DNA of 61,588 nt, the filler included, from Sphacelaria rigidula (lineage: Eukaryota), in assembly GCA_964200075.2 (NCBI GenBank). It is 9 parts of 9 records of this genome, joined end to end, with 100 filler letters (N's around TTAATTAATTAA, not from the genome) between each part and the next. Parts side by side here need not be neighbours in the genome. Positions count along the whole stretch, not along the records: positions 34,275 to 41,028 come from CAXNAA020018242.1; positions 41,129 to 47,882 come from CAXNAA020018243.1; positions 47,983 to 54,735 come from CAXNAA020018244.1; 6 more parts are not named here. One strand, written 5' to 3'. Shown piece by piece: positions 38,600 through 50,581 of this stretch (positions are counted from its first letter, which is position 1; each line of letters opens with the position of its first letter). Under the pieces are notes generated by a model that made no database searches, had not been told where the DNA came from, and saw nothing but the letters and a program-made list of their open reading frames with translations. A program made the translations under genes and the position numbers.

Positions 38600-39700
38600 A
38601 CGTGACGGCGAGCGATGAGCCTTCATTCAAGTGGAGCTTGTTTCCTGTCCGAGTCTGAGGTCATGCCCGTCCGTCTTGAATGAAAAGAAATTCGATGAAA
38701 GATAATCTTACCCGCAACGATGATTTTCACTCGCGACGATATCCAGCGTGTCCGACATCTGCACGCTCGCGCATCAGTTTTGGGTACAGCACCGTAACCG
38801 TGGGTGCGCCAGGTCTTTTTGGTATCTCGTGGGGGCCTCTGAATATTGAGACTGCCACTCCAACGTATTTTACTTTTTCGTTTCGTGAACGTCCATCAAA
38901 TTGCGCAAAAGTGGAGGATAAATGCCCTTGACGCCCTATTTGCCTGCTGGTACCCGGGTTCAAAATGTCATGAATCGTCGTGACCTGAGTTCGATCCCGT
39001 AGAAGAAGGGTCGACATGTTGTTGACGTTGGATTCATGAGACGGTTTGGGGCCTCACGTCCACACTCAACATCTCGTCATCACACACCATGTTATTCACC
39101 AGCGTAATGATCAAGACACATCATGATCACCAACAGCAACAAAATTCTGTCAGCATGCAGCGTAGTCGTGGTGTGTGTGTGCAGTGTCGCAGTGTAGTGG
39201 CTGCGCAAGCCTTGTAGGTTCATGAAGCAAGTACGAGGTCCGTCGTAATATGAGGGGGTCCCAAAAATGGGGACGATAATATGAACAATGTTTTCGTGAG
39301 ATTTATAATCTACGATAGCTGAGAGTAGGCTTTTATGGCTTTCAGCGGCGGGGAGTGTCTGTATCATTAGTGGACAAAATGCTTACCTCGCACATTGGTG
39401 CAGAATCCTGCCGGCAAACCGAACAATGTTTCCGTGAAATCGAGCATTGAAAGTACGATCGAGAGTGAGGTTTTATTCATAACATGTCTCACTGCGCCGG
39501 TTCCGATGATGAGACGAAAAGTTTACATGTGTAGCATGTTGGAACATTCCTGCCACCCGTTGCCTGAATGGAATGGCAGAGTAATGTTGGATGATGTTGC
39601 GCGCTGGCTGGCCCACAGGCGCGCATTTGTGGAAGAATGCACCGTTCAAGAGGTCTCCAAAGTAGTGTGTCGTACGGTTCGAGTAAAATATACGATTTGG
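38600..39700 (-). mobile_element. Heavily decayed CACTA/EnSpm-like transposase relic
   Basis: Ordered fragments across frames: YFGDLLNGAFFHK (~39665-39625), IEL..HDD, ILNPGTSRQ, GVKGIY..NL and SIFRGPHEIPK (~38995-38815). Confidence 0.4.
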
Positions 39701-41479
39701 CCAGGTTGTGCCCGAATTCATTCGCAATTGCGGTTGATGCCACCATTCGTGTGGGCTTGGGGCTCGTGGATACCTTGGATTCACGTTTCTGTTCAAAACT
39801 TTCGCCGCAGTTTCCGTCGTTGTTTTTTGTACGCGCAAGTCATCGCGTGTGATATGACTGCTGATATCCCGCCTTTTCGTGCCGAGAAAAGTCGCGAAAC
39901 GTCGTGGGACCCCGGATTCTGTTCCATCATCTCACCCTCGATGGTAGCGGATCATAACAAATGATCTTGCACGAAGCCGATGGAGCGCCTCCCGTCTATG
40001 AGCTGCAGCAAATCGATTTTGCCAGTGACTCTCGCCAACCGCATCTGATTTCCGAAAATGCACTCGAAACATGAGCCGACGGACTCATCAAGAATAGCTC
40101 ATGATCTATCAACACGGGAAAACAAATACTACCGCATCAACAAGTCAGCTGCAAACCACCGGGAGCACGAATGGCTAACCAAAACAAAAACACCATGCTG
40201 TGCTGAACAGCAATCAACGGTACAACGAACACCGGATGCTGGGTCTCGGTAGGCTCCAAGACCACCGCTCCCGCCCCACCTATACCCCATCCCTGCTCTC
40301 CCCCTTGAGGGACAATACGTGGCGTACACAAATCGCCGACTCTGCGCAATTTGATGTCACGCCGAGCGTCGACACATGGAAGAGATGCGTCTTGCACGTC
40401 TTCTGCATGATCCTGCGAAATTGATTGATCGGGGCAGCGGCGAAGGGTACGGGGGATCGCAGAGGTTGATAGGGCAGGTTACAGTCGATAAATCGGGCGC
40501 TTCAGTACAGTTGGGCGAATTTCAACAACTTCAAATTAAAAACTGGCGAAAACAGGACGTCCTTTTGTCCCGTGTGGGGATGATGCTTCCAAACGTATCC
40601 ATTTACTTGGCACCACGGGAGGACGATACCGAAACATTCAACACTAGGCGGGTACTCACGATCGAAAAGACTTGGACTCATCATGCCGAGCAGCTGGGCA
40701 CTCTCGACTCCGGCGACATTAGACACGACATCCTCCATGGCCTTGTCGAGCTCGATCGTGTCTCCGTCGAGTTCGCGGAAAAGGTGCCAGCGACAGCGGG
40801 GGGGAAGAGACGGTGCGCATCAGGTAGGGGTGTGAGTCAAGAGTAGTGACGCATATGCATGGGTAGTGCACTCTCTGGGATATCCGTCATTGTTTGCGAT
40901 ACACACCTATATATTTTTGCCAGTATGAACAGAAGTGCTGAAAAAAAATGCGAGGCCCTATGCCGATTTTTTCAATCCTCGGTGTTTTCGGGGAGGGGGG
41001 GGGGGGGGCGTACTCATTTGTTGTTGTCNNNNNNNNNNNNNNNNNNNNNNNNNNNNNNNNNNNNNNNNNNNNTTAATTAATTAANNNNNNNNNNNNNNNN
41101 NNNNNNNNNNNNNNNNNNNNNNNNNNNNGGGGTTGGCGTCGGTTGGCGATGACGCTATAAAACACGCCACTCACTGCGTAAGCTAGGCAACCAGGTTACC
41201 GTTTTTTTCGCGCTTGCGTTTTTTTTTGCGGTAACTATGATGGTAGTCGAGCTAGATCATGTTGTGCGGCTTTGGAGAACCTCAGCTCCGGACAATGGGG
41301 ATGATCGTACTACGTAGTGTTTAAATGGTGAGACACCAATGAGGCAGTGTATGAGCCATGGCTGTCTCTGGAAGTGGCGATACCAGATAATGAAGCAACT
41401 TATTGTAGGTTGTTATACAAATGAAAGATAATCAGAAGGCTTCGGGCCGAACAATCTTCGCAGGATGCAGCTCACCTTG

Positions 41480-43110
41480 AATAATAGGTACGTGTTTCCC
41501 AATTTCCATTCAGTCATGATCTTGAACGAGAATCTGGCGATGTCACCCCTCTTCAGTTTCCCACGGCGGTCAGTATGATACCATGCATGCGACATTTGCG
41601 TGGGTATCGTGGAACGCATTTGCTGATTATAAATTTTGGGTTAAAAGCGTGAACCAGCCTGTGAAGCGCGGTCATTCCGGGACCCTCATTTTCCCGCTGT
41701 AGTTGAACGGAATTGTCCTATATCACCTGATTCGCACGACACACTACGACTTCTTCTGTCGTGCCAATTGTCCCCTTTAGTCGATGCACAGAGTCATAGT
41801 CATGCCCTTGCACACAAGTCCGCGGCTGTACTGGCAGCCGGCACCACGCCGGGGCGAATGTGATGACGGACGGACGTCAAAATCTATATTTCGCTCCACC
41901 CCCGTGGTGGCGCCAAAGGTTGATCTGTGCCTTACGCTATGAATAAGTGAAAGGTCCATCTATGGTATCTATATATTGATATTAGTATGGCATGCGACTT
42001 CATGAGAATTGCTGCATAGTTCTCATACATTCAACACACCCCTTGTCATCCTCCACCTCAAAGGGGCCCCCGCGGCACTGTTCGCCCAGCCGGCATTATC
42101 TCCGAAACGCAAGCTTTGTACCCCAGCGGTCAGCCGATTGAACGGTTCAATCCCTAGGTGGACGCTAAACGGATCATACCTTGGACACACGGTTACTTTG
42201 TTCAAAAGTGTACTGCATACAGTATCGACTGTTGCGTGTATTGCAATAGACAGTATATTCCATACTGTACGCTTCACACTTCCTGACAATGCGATCTACC
42301 GTCATTATCCAGGCCGTGGTGTGGAGCGAACAGACTTTTGTGAGGGTTCGTTCCGAAAAAATGTTTTTGGTGGAGAGCTAACGTCGTCACAGAAAAGGCT
42401 GTTGCCACGCACATGCCGCGCATCATCGATGATTGTGCGTAAGCCGCGGCCAGCGGCATACTCGCCGCTGTCTAAGATTCGCGAACAGCAGGGGGAATCG
42501 CGCCACCTGTAGTCATACTACCCATACTATGGCCATGAATGCACAATAATCTCGTCAGTGTACACAAAAGAATGATGGTGCATAGACACAAGAGACAGAA
42601 AGGCACCCGGCCTCCCGCAGCTAGGGCAAAAGCTGCCACAAGCCTCTTGGCTCTACAAAATCTATTTTGCGAGAAAATCGCGGGACTGTCGGCCAACAAA
42701 CTTCGGAACAGAAAGCACGGAGGGTTGTCATTTTCTCTGAGACGAGTTCGAAGTTTCGAAGCAAGAGTATGCCCACATTATTATAGTCATGTCATCAGCG
42801 GGGTCCAGTGTCTTGATGCTGGTTGATTCATTGCATGATTGCCGCACATCAACAGATGGACAACTCTGATGAAGCGGGTCGAGTTACCCGCCTCTTTTGA
42901 CACAATACGACGATAAGATTTTCTTGGTCGTGCGGATACCACCCCAGAAACTGGAATGGCCAACGAACGATGTTGATCTTAACAGTGGTACCATAATTTC
43001 CCGATATGGGGCCCTTCGCGGGTTGTGTGTCATATCTTCTTCGGCACAGTTTAAACGTGTTCTTATCTTGAGTGTCCTCTGTTTTTACGATGGTGTACAA
43101 ATCTTATGCG
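41480..43110 (-). mobile_element. Decayed Ty1/Copia pol relic (RT to RNase H)
   Basis: Ordered weak matches: NYGTTVKINIVRW (cf. TFAPVAKxxTVR), VWNILSIAIHATVDT..DNAGWANS (cf. VGSLLYLA..RPDI..SDADWAG), WYHTDRRGKLKRGDI..TEWKLGN (cf. RYHFIRE..GDI..TEDQLAD). Confidence 0.5.
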
Positions 43111-43442
43111 GCGAGTTTTCATAGTAACTGCGACCTCGCCCTTGTAGAATTTGCTGCCGGAACTACACATTCGCACATACGCGGCTTAACCCTTTGACCG
43201 TCAGGGCAAGTTATGTTCCAAGTGAGAGTGGAGAATGAGTGGAGAATGACGCTTACTCAGCAGATGACGCCTGGTGGTCACAGGGTTGATAATTAGTTGT
43301 TGCTTCTCTCTCTGCACATGTATGTGCGGGTAGTGCACGCGGGCGACCGTCATGGTTCATGTACTTTCGACACTGCGATCTGTCCGTACTGTTGTTTTTT
43401 GTGTTACAACGCGATTGCTTCGTTGCTGAACGCCGCTTGCAG

Positions 43443-45758
43443 AAAGGATATCCGTTGGACGACCAAGTGGTGACCGCAGCCGTGAAGGCCTGCTGCAGAG
43501 CGGGGCGACCGAGCGAAGCCGAAGCTGTCCTGGCGGAGAGCATGGCCCAAGGCCTCGTACCGGAGGTGATTGCGTGTACAGCCAAGTTCCCACGTCAAGG
43601 TCGCCTGATTCAAGGCCGGGTCTATCCCGATATACGACCGTACATTTTTGTATCACAATAACCTTACATACTACGATAGTGGCCATATAATGATCAATTG
43701 ATTGATCGGTAGATTTATTGTCACACATTCACTGATCCGCCAGAGATCCAGCTGTGGTCACATGATGGAATGATTGGTCTTACTTTACCCGATCTTGGTC
43801 ACGAACAGATTGGGATCCTACCTTACTGCAGAAGCAACCGCAAGCAAAAATATCGGTACACGAGATGGTGCATTGGCATAAATGAAGCCAGATAGATGGT
43901 TCGCTGTGAGCGGTCGAGATTGATTCGCGATACAGGGCTAGCTTTTTTCTGCGGACACAGGCGGGCCGTGAGGCGGAATCTTGACTATACACTGCAAGTT
44001 CCCCTTGTTACTTCCAGAGCTGTGTCGTGTTTGCAAGTAAGAAGAGAAACTTGAATCGTGTAGGGTACAGCCACGCGCCTATCGAGGTGCTTTTTGCGTG
44101 CGCAGGGCGGATGTTTTTTTTTATTGTCTTGTTTGGGGTGTATTTAATGTGCGCTTTCGAATAAAGTTAGGTTTGGCGTGTTTATCCCCATCCCCCCTCC
44201 GGCGCCGCCTGTGAATCATGCGTTATGAACGTGCGTGAATAAATCGGATAAAGAGAGCATTTGGGCGTGTAGGTGAGGACTAATGAGGGTTTATTCCTAT
44301 GCATTCGGTAGTCACGTGTTGTCACGCAAGAAGTTGTGGATATGATATCAAGCGTGGAATATGACCGCGAAAACAAATAAGCCTGTCCTGTGCATTACGC
44401 TGCCAGCTTCTTTTCTGCGCATCACGGTTTAGGCCGGCTGGTCATATCGACCCACTAGTTGTGATGTCCAACTCTGGTGTGGTGCATTTCATTATATTGT
44501 ACCGAGCCATTTCAATATCGGCGACGCGTGCATGAATCATCATTGCGTGTTGCTCAAGTTATAGCAGTGTAGCGGGGAACCTGTACGATAGTACTGCGTG
44601 TGTATATACCCACCTCATAATGTCAGGTTTATGCGTGAACGGTAGTGGCCGTTTATCGAGGACCCTGTGGTGAATATACTGCAGCATCTACCGAAGTGCT
44701 CACTCCGATGTGCCTGTTCCCCTCTCTCGTCTGGACTACGACAAATTATGAAACAGTCGTCGCTGTACACAGCCGTGATGAATGCTTGCTACACTGTCGG
44801 CGACATGGACTCCATTTTGGCCTTGGGGGAGCAGCTGCGTGCCCAACGGTTAACACCAGACCCTGCGGCTTACCACCTGATGGTCACGTCCTACATAAGC
44901 AAGCTGGTGCGGACTGTTGTAGTATATGTCATCGCATTTTGTGTCACGGTTTTCATAGGGTCTTTTTTTGTCGGGATTTCGTAGAAGGAAGTGTTCATGT
45001 AACCGCTTGCTGTTGAGCCGTGTTGCTTCCAATGTCTTCCTTCGTTTCGTTTTATTTTGTCCCCCATTTTTTTCCCCGATGATCTGCAACGAGGTTTTCC
45101 CTTCGCGGAGCCACAGGCCCCCGTTGAGCAAAATCTGTCCGATGAAACTTGCATACGATCGTAGGGTACAATGCGTTTTAATTCTCAACTCGGGTATTGT
45201 ACTGTGCCCTCGTGCCCTTATTCAGGGGCCACGTGACAGTTGACGTTTCTATTGTTGCATAGCCCCCAAGATTGTCATTTTTTTTACGGTAGTCATTTTC
45301 AAGCGAGTTCACATTGGTGACGCCCGGTTTGAACGTTCTAATGCTCCTTCACCTAGGGTCATCTCTTGTGGTACACATTATAATCAGTCATCCTCTAAGG
45401 ATCCAGCCGTTCTCACGAGATAGGCGTAAATATCCCCCCAAGTTTTCACCGTCAAGGAGTTGAAATTCAAACATGAATCGATCCGCAATCCCTCGCGCAC
45501 GCTTTTCATCTATGGTCGTCGCATCAGGATTGGGTACGAGCCACAGAAGCCTTGATGGAAATGGGCAAGGCAGGCATGGCGCCCAGCGCTAAGTACGCGC
45601 GGCAATGGCGGCTAGCATCCGCAGCCATCGAGGAAATAGATATAGGGGCGGACGACGACGAGGAACCCTTGGTATCGCGAGGGCGAGACCCGGGAAGGAT
45701 ATCGGAGCTTGAGGATTTGGGACGGAGCCGGCGCGGGGGTGACCTTGACTTGGAGTAG
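43443..45758 (+). CDS. Pentatricopeptide repeat (PPR) protein, last three exons 43443-43565, 44757-44906, 45528-45758
   Basis: Phase-0 AG/GT junctions give ~35-aa repeats VVTAAVKACCRAGRPSEAEAVLAESMAQGLVPE / LYTAVMNACYTVGDMDSILALGEQLRAQRLTPD / AYHLMVTSYISKLDWVRATEALMEMGKAGMAPS, then an acidic tail and stop. Confidence 0.9.
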
Positions 45759-45989
45759 GCGTTGGTGCCGGGAGATTGTGGACAAGAGGGAGATTCCATG
45801 TAGCGGGCGATGTCGGCTGAGCTTGAACGCTTTGGCTGCGAAGGGATCTATCTCAGTCTTAGTCTATCGTGTTGATGTCATTTGCGGACTGTTTGCGACT
45901 TGGCGTCGGTGTAGCGATGCTTCTGCAGTAAAGATCCGCATCTGCCGTGCAGTTCAAGGTTGACTTCAGTACGAAGTAGTACCGGTGAG

Positions 45990-46890
45990 GTTAATTCTCA
46001 ACCCCTAGACAGCGACAGTAGGTCATCTGTTGAATCGGCATCAATTTTACCTGAAACATGTATGCACGATCCAGATGGACTACCCTCGCGGTCTGAGGGT
46101 TAACCCTCAGACCGCGAGGGTAGTCCATCTGGGTCATGCATGAGTTTTTCGACTGAAATTGATGCCGATTCAGCAGATGGCCTACTCTCGCCGTTAAAGG
46201 GTTAACCGATAGACCGCGAGGGGGGGTCACCTGCATAATCGGCATCAATATTCACTTGGAATAAGTGTTCGTGATCCGGATGGACTACCCGTATCGCGGT
46301 CGAGGACAGTTCACCTGCTGAATCGGCATCAATATTTACTTTGAAAAAAATATCCCTGATCCAGATGAACTACCAGCATCGCGGTCGAGGGTAGGTCATC
46401 TACTGAGTCGCCATCAATATGCAGTTGAAAAAAAATATTCATGATCCAGATAGACTACCAGCACCGCGGTCGAGGGTAGGCCACCCGCTGAATCGGCATC
46501 GATTTTCACTTCGAAAAAAATGTTCCTGATCCAGATTGACTACCAGCATCGCGGTCTAAGGGTTGACCATTTGAGAACCAATTGACGATTTCTGTTTGTG
46601 TGAATCGGCATCATTTTTGAGAACCCATTGACGACTTCTCTTTGTGTGCATCGAAATCATTTTGATCGCATTGATCGGCATGATTTTCTGAATATGATTC
46701 CGATGCACACAAACAGAAATCATTGATGAGTTCTCAACAATAATGCCGATTCACGCAAACAATAATCGACAGTTGGTTCTCAAAGGGTCAACCCTTGGAC
46801 CGCGATGCTGGTGGTCCATCTGGATCACAAATATTTTTTTCAAAGGGAATATTGATGCCGATTCAGCAGGTGACCTACCCCCGCAGCAAA
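45990..46890. repeat. Modular ~85-bp repeat array with inverted blocks (foldback-like)
   Basis: GAATCGGCATCAAT...GATCCAGATGRACTACC..CGCGGTC recurs at ~46033, 46237, 46321, 46405 and 46490, with inverted copies at ~46110-46190 and 46742-46880. Confidence 0.85.
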
Positions 46891-47344
46891 GGGGTAAGGC
46901 GGCTGGTGATGGATGTGAAATTTGAGTACGTCGACCTGCAACCTGTGGACTTCTGGTGCGGGCCCTCGTCGACAGTACGGCAGAAATCTCTCGTTAGTGC
47001 TGTACTTTCACGTAAGGGAGGGGTGCGGTCGGCGTCTAATACCGCCGAAAAAACGACGCTTGTAGAGAGTTTCGTAGCTTCTGTGTCTGTGCATGTATGT
47101 TCGATAGAGAAGGGGTTCATGTGTGTGTCTTGTGTCTCGTGTCTCGTGTTTTTGGAGAAGGCGTACTGTATCTCTTCGTTCTGTGATGAATCAATGAATC
47201 AAGTCGACTTTGCGCGTTTAGATCGAGCGGTTTCGAGGCAGGTGTTGAACAAACAAAAAACGAATTGATGCGAAGAGGAAGGATATGAGTGTGATAACAC
47301 AGGCTGGGCCAGCCAAGACGCGAATTAGTGTTTTGCAGACCCCA

Positions 47345-47613
47345 TCTCACCTCAATTTTGCGAGTGAGATTTCGAAATTTGGTACTGAGGAAGAATAGAG
47401 CATGCTAAAACGCTGTCGCTCCGGACGCTCAGTTTTTTGTTGTTGTGGGTTAATCGTATTTTCATGATATATACATACTCGTACTGATTATATTGGCATT
47501 ATTGCCATTAACTCACGAAAAAAAATGGTGTGCGTCCCGAGCGACAGCGTTTTAGCATGCCGTATTCTTCCTCCCTACCAAATTTCGGTCTAACTCGCAC
47601 AATTGAGGTGAGA
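47345..47613. mobile_element. ~270-bp hairpin/MITE-like element with ~110-bp inverted arms
   Basis: TCTCACCTCAATT..CGAAATTTGGTA..GCATGCTAAAACGCTGTCGCTC versus GAGCGACAGCGTTTTAGCATGC..TACCAAATTTCG..AATTGAGGTGAGA. Confidence 0.75.
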
Positions 47614-48428
47614 CGAGGCGATTTAGAAACCCGTCCGGGCGAAAATCGGAACAATATTTTGGTACTTGTGCCTTGAATCTCATCTCAGTTTTTCGAAAAG
47701 TAAAAGTTTCACTCTCTCAGATCGTCTCAGAGCAATATCTCATCTACACAGACGAATGTCCAGTAATTCTCATGCGGTATGGAGATAGCGTCCATTATCC
47801 ATTATTATTTTTTTTGTTCCTCGCACTTTGAACCCCTCCCCTTCCTCGGGATGAGTCCGTGGTCGCGAGGGATCAACCTATCNNNNNNNNNNNNNNNNNN
47901 NNNNNNNNNNNNNNNNNNNNNNNNNNTTAATTAATTAANNNNNNNNNNNNNNNNNNNNNNNNNNNNNNNNNNNNNNNNNNNNTTGCTTCCCAAAACCATG
48001 CACTTTTGGGGGGGGGGCTATCGTAGAAAGTGTCAAGCGTTTTCCGAAATTCTCTATTATTACTAGCATGAAAAAAGACCTTCCTACCATCACAAGTAGA
48101 AGCCTATTTGTAAGATAGGAGTCAAGTGCCGCTTCGTGCCTTTCGACCGCATGTTTTCAATCTCTAACGCTTGTTTTATACCTCGTTGCATTCTTCTCCG
48201 CGCGCCGCTAGTTATAATTTCGAGTTGAAACTTTTAAGGAACGTGAATGCGGTGAGCCTATGAGATCGGCAAAAAAAATCGACCTCAAATTTTCGATCGA
48301 AAACAAAAGTGCTAAGGCAGGCCCTCAGAGCCCCAAAGAGTCGATGGATCAAAGGTGCTTGGCCCTAAAGAGGCAACGGCGCTAGGAAAGGTGCATCGAA
48401 GGCCTTCTGCAGATGGCCTTCTGCAATT

Positions 48429-48872
48429 AACACGGGACCTTACAAATTGGGGATGGATCATTTATTGGGGATGAGAAACCCGGAGGATTAAGATCTCGTA
48501 TCCGCACCAAATATTCGAAATATTATTCCATTTCTTCACCTACTGATAGCTATTGACAACTGCTACACACCATAGAAATTTGGATTTCGATCACCGAAAT
48601 GTTGGGGTCCTAGGTGAAAAAAACAATTTCGGAACCAGTTTGGCGTCCACTCGGACACCCGGAATTCCACAAAACTGTTTTTACACCTAGGACCCCAACA
48701 TTTCGGTGATCGAAATGCAAGTTTCTATGGCGTGTAGCAGTTGTCAATAGCTATGATGGGGTGAAGAAATAGAACCATGTTTCGAATATTTGGTGCGGAT
48801 ACGAAGATTTTAATCCTCCGGGTTTCTCATCCCCAATAAATGATCAATCCCCAATTTGTGAGATCCCGTGGT
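48429..48872. mobile_element. 444-bp palindromic MITE (copy 2), 4-bp TSD AATT
   Basis: Homologous end to end to 33179-33622; AATT at 48425-48428 and 48873-48876. Confidence 0.9.
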
Positions 48873-49040
48873 AATTCTGCGGTTCTATTCTGACCGACCG
48901 GACGAATCCTTCGTTTCCGACTGGCCGGGTAGATTTTTCACTAAATCGCACTTCCTGAATCCAACCACCCTGGGATTAATTCGGCTACGTAGCTCTCTTT
49001 CATCGTCTAACTCTTCCAAATGCCAACTAACCTTCATCAG

Positions 49041-49790
49041 GTGAAGCTGGCGGAAGCGCGCGACTTCGTCGTGTCAGACGGCGGTTTTCCCGGAAGCGGC
49101 GATCAAATAGGCAGCACGGCGAGCGTGTTCGAAGCCACTTGCCAAAGACGCAAGCCTCACGTGCCAGGGAACTGGCCGGACACGCGCCAGCAACCTCCAA
49201 CTGGTTTTGCTTACGCGAGAATCTGTAGGGATCTCGTGAAGGCGCCACGTTACTTGCTCCGTAGACGACCACAGCCTGCGGACGATAACGCCCGAGCAAT
49301 CTGCGGCTTTGCGTGACCCAGCTATCTTCATGGTTCCTCACGGAAATAGTAGAAATCTGCAGGCCACCGTGATTAATTTTATATTCGGGAGGTACTTGTC
49401 TTGACTTTTCTTACCCCGTGGTGGGAGTTTTTCCTTCATGCGGGATCATCCCATCGGACGTGTGTTTTTGGAATTTCCTGCCTTTCTCGGCTATCAACGC
49501 CCCCGACCGCCTATTTATTTCGTCGAGTGTTGTTGCCGTCGACGCAGTCGTTGGCGTTCTCCCCGGCGCGTCCGAGACTCTCTCTTTAGGCGTAGAGTAC
49601 TCCTTGATCTCGGTTGTGCAACTCATCTGGGTGGGCGCCCACTACGTCACGCAGTTCCGTTTGCAGTGGAAATGGCTCAACTACGATTGCACTACTGGGG
49701 GTGGCACTAGCGCGTTTGCCTCGTTCGATGCCCACTGGCATTCCGGGAGGCACGTGCTGTACGTGTACGTCAAGACGAATCTACAAGTAC
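49041..49790 (+). pseudogene. Disrupted USP/peptidase C19-like cysteine protease domain
   Basis: After a CTAAC..CAG acceptor: RRHVTCSVDDH, NLQATVINF, APDRLFI, ETLSLGVEYSLISVV..GAHYVTQFRLQWKWLNYD..VLYVY, in USP motif order, with two stops and two frameshifts. No Cys box seen. Confidence 0.45.
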
Positions 49791-50581
49791 TGGCCCGGGA
49801 TAGATCGAGAGAACCTAGCAGGAATTTGCCGAGCGACGACTCCGGTCTCAGCTCCGCCTTCCTGCGCACCCTTGCGCAGGTGGAAGGACTTCACTCGGAC
49901 TTGAACGATTATGTCTGGAATTCGCGTGGTGCGATGCGCAAAAGAATTGTCATAGTCAATCTATGGTCCTTACTTTCTTTCCATCCCTTCTTCTGCTTGT
50001 ATGCCGTTCTTGCTTTCCTTCATTGAGGGCGTCTGTCTTCTCTGTTCCTTTTCCATTCCGTTTCAATGTGAGAAAGGATAGGAAAATTCGAAGTGTGATG
50101 CGAAGGAGAGCGATCTATCTTCTATATGGCGTTGACTCAGAGTGTGTGTCTGTGGTAGATGATGCCCAATTAACAGGATATTCGCTTCGCCCCGATTTTG
50201 GTGAGGTCAGTCGAAAGTGGTCATGTTTGGCATGCAACGATTGAAGGACGAAACCACGCGTTGCACCGATACAATTATAACACTTCTCATTTCAACAGTC
50301 CCCCTCTGAGGTGTGGGCAATTGTGTCCATAGAAATCCACAGCACGCACTCGTTTCCATATCATTCCACCCCAACACAACACAATCAGCATCGTTCTGCA
50401 GTCCCCAACAATTGCTCCACCACATTGCTTTGGCTGCATGAAGTGATTATCTCCATCCTTTACGTGCAGGAGACGGCGCCCACATTTTGTGCGAAGCTTC
50501 AAGACTCCCGAGACGGTATTAAAAGATGGTGAATCTTTGTTTTGGCGAGCACGACCGCACAGAGGGACGTTGAATGATCTA

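Noticed and set aside
23542..45758. Functional cluster of TRM6, ACP and PPR genes
   Set aside because: Each gene is on a separate, unlinked contig.
45990..46890. CRISPR-like array
   Set aside because: Sequence between the conserved cores is itself homologous between units, so there are no unique spacers. No cas genes, and the context is eukaryotic.
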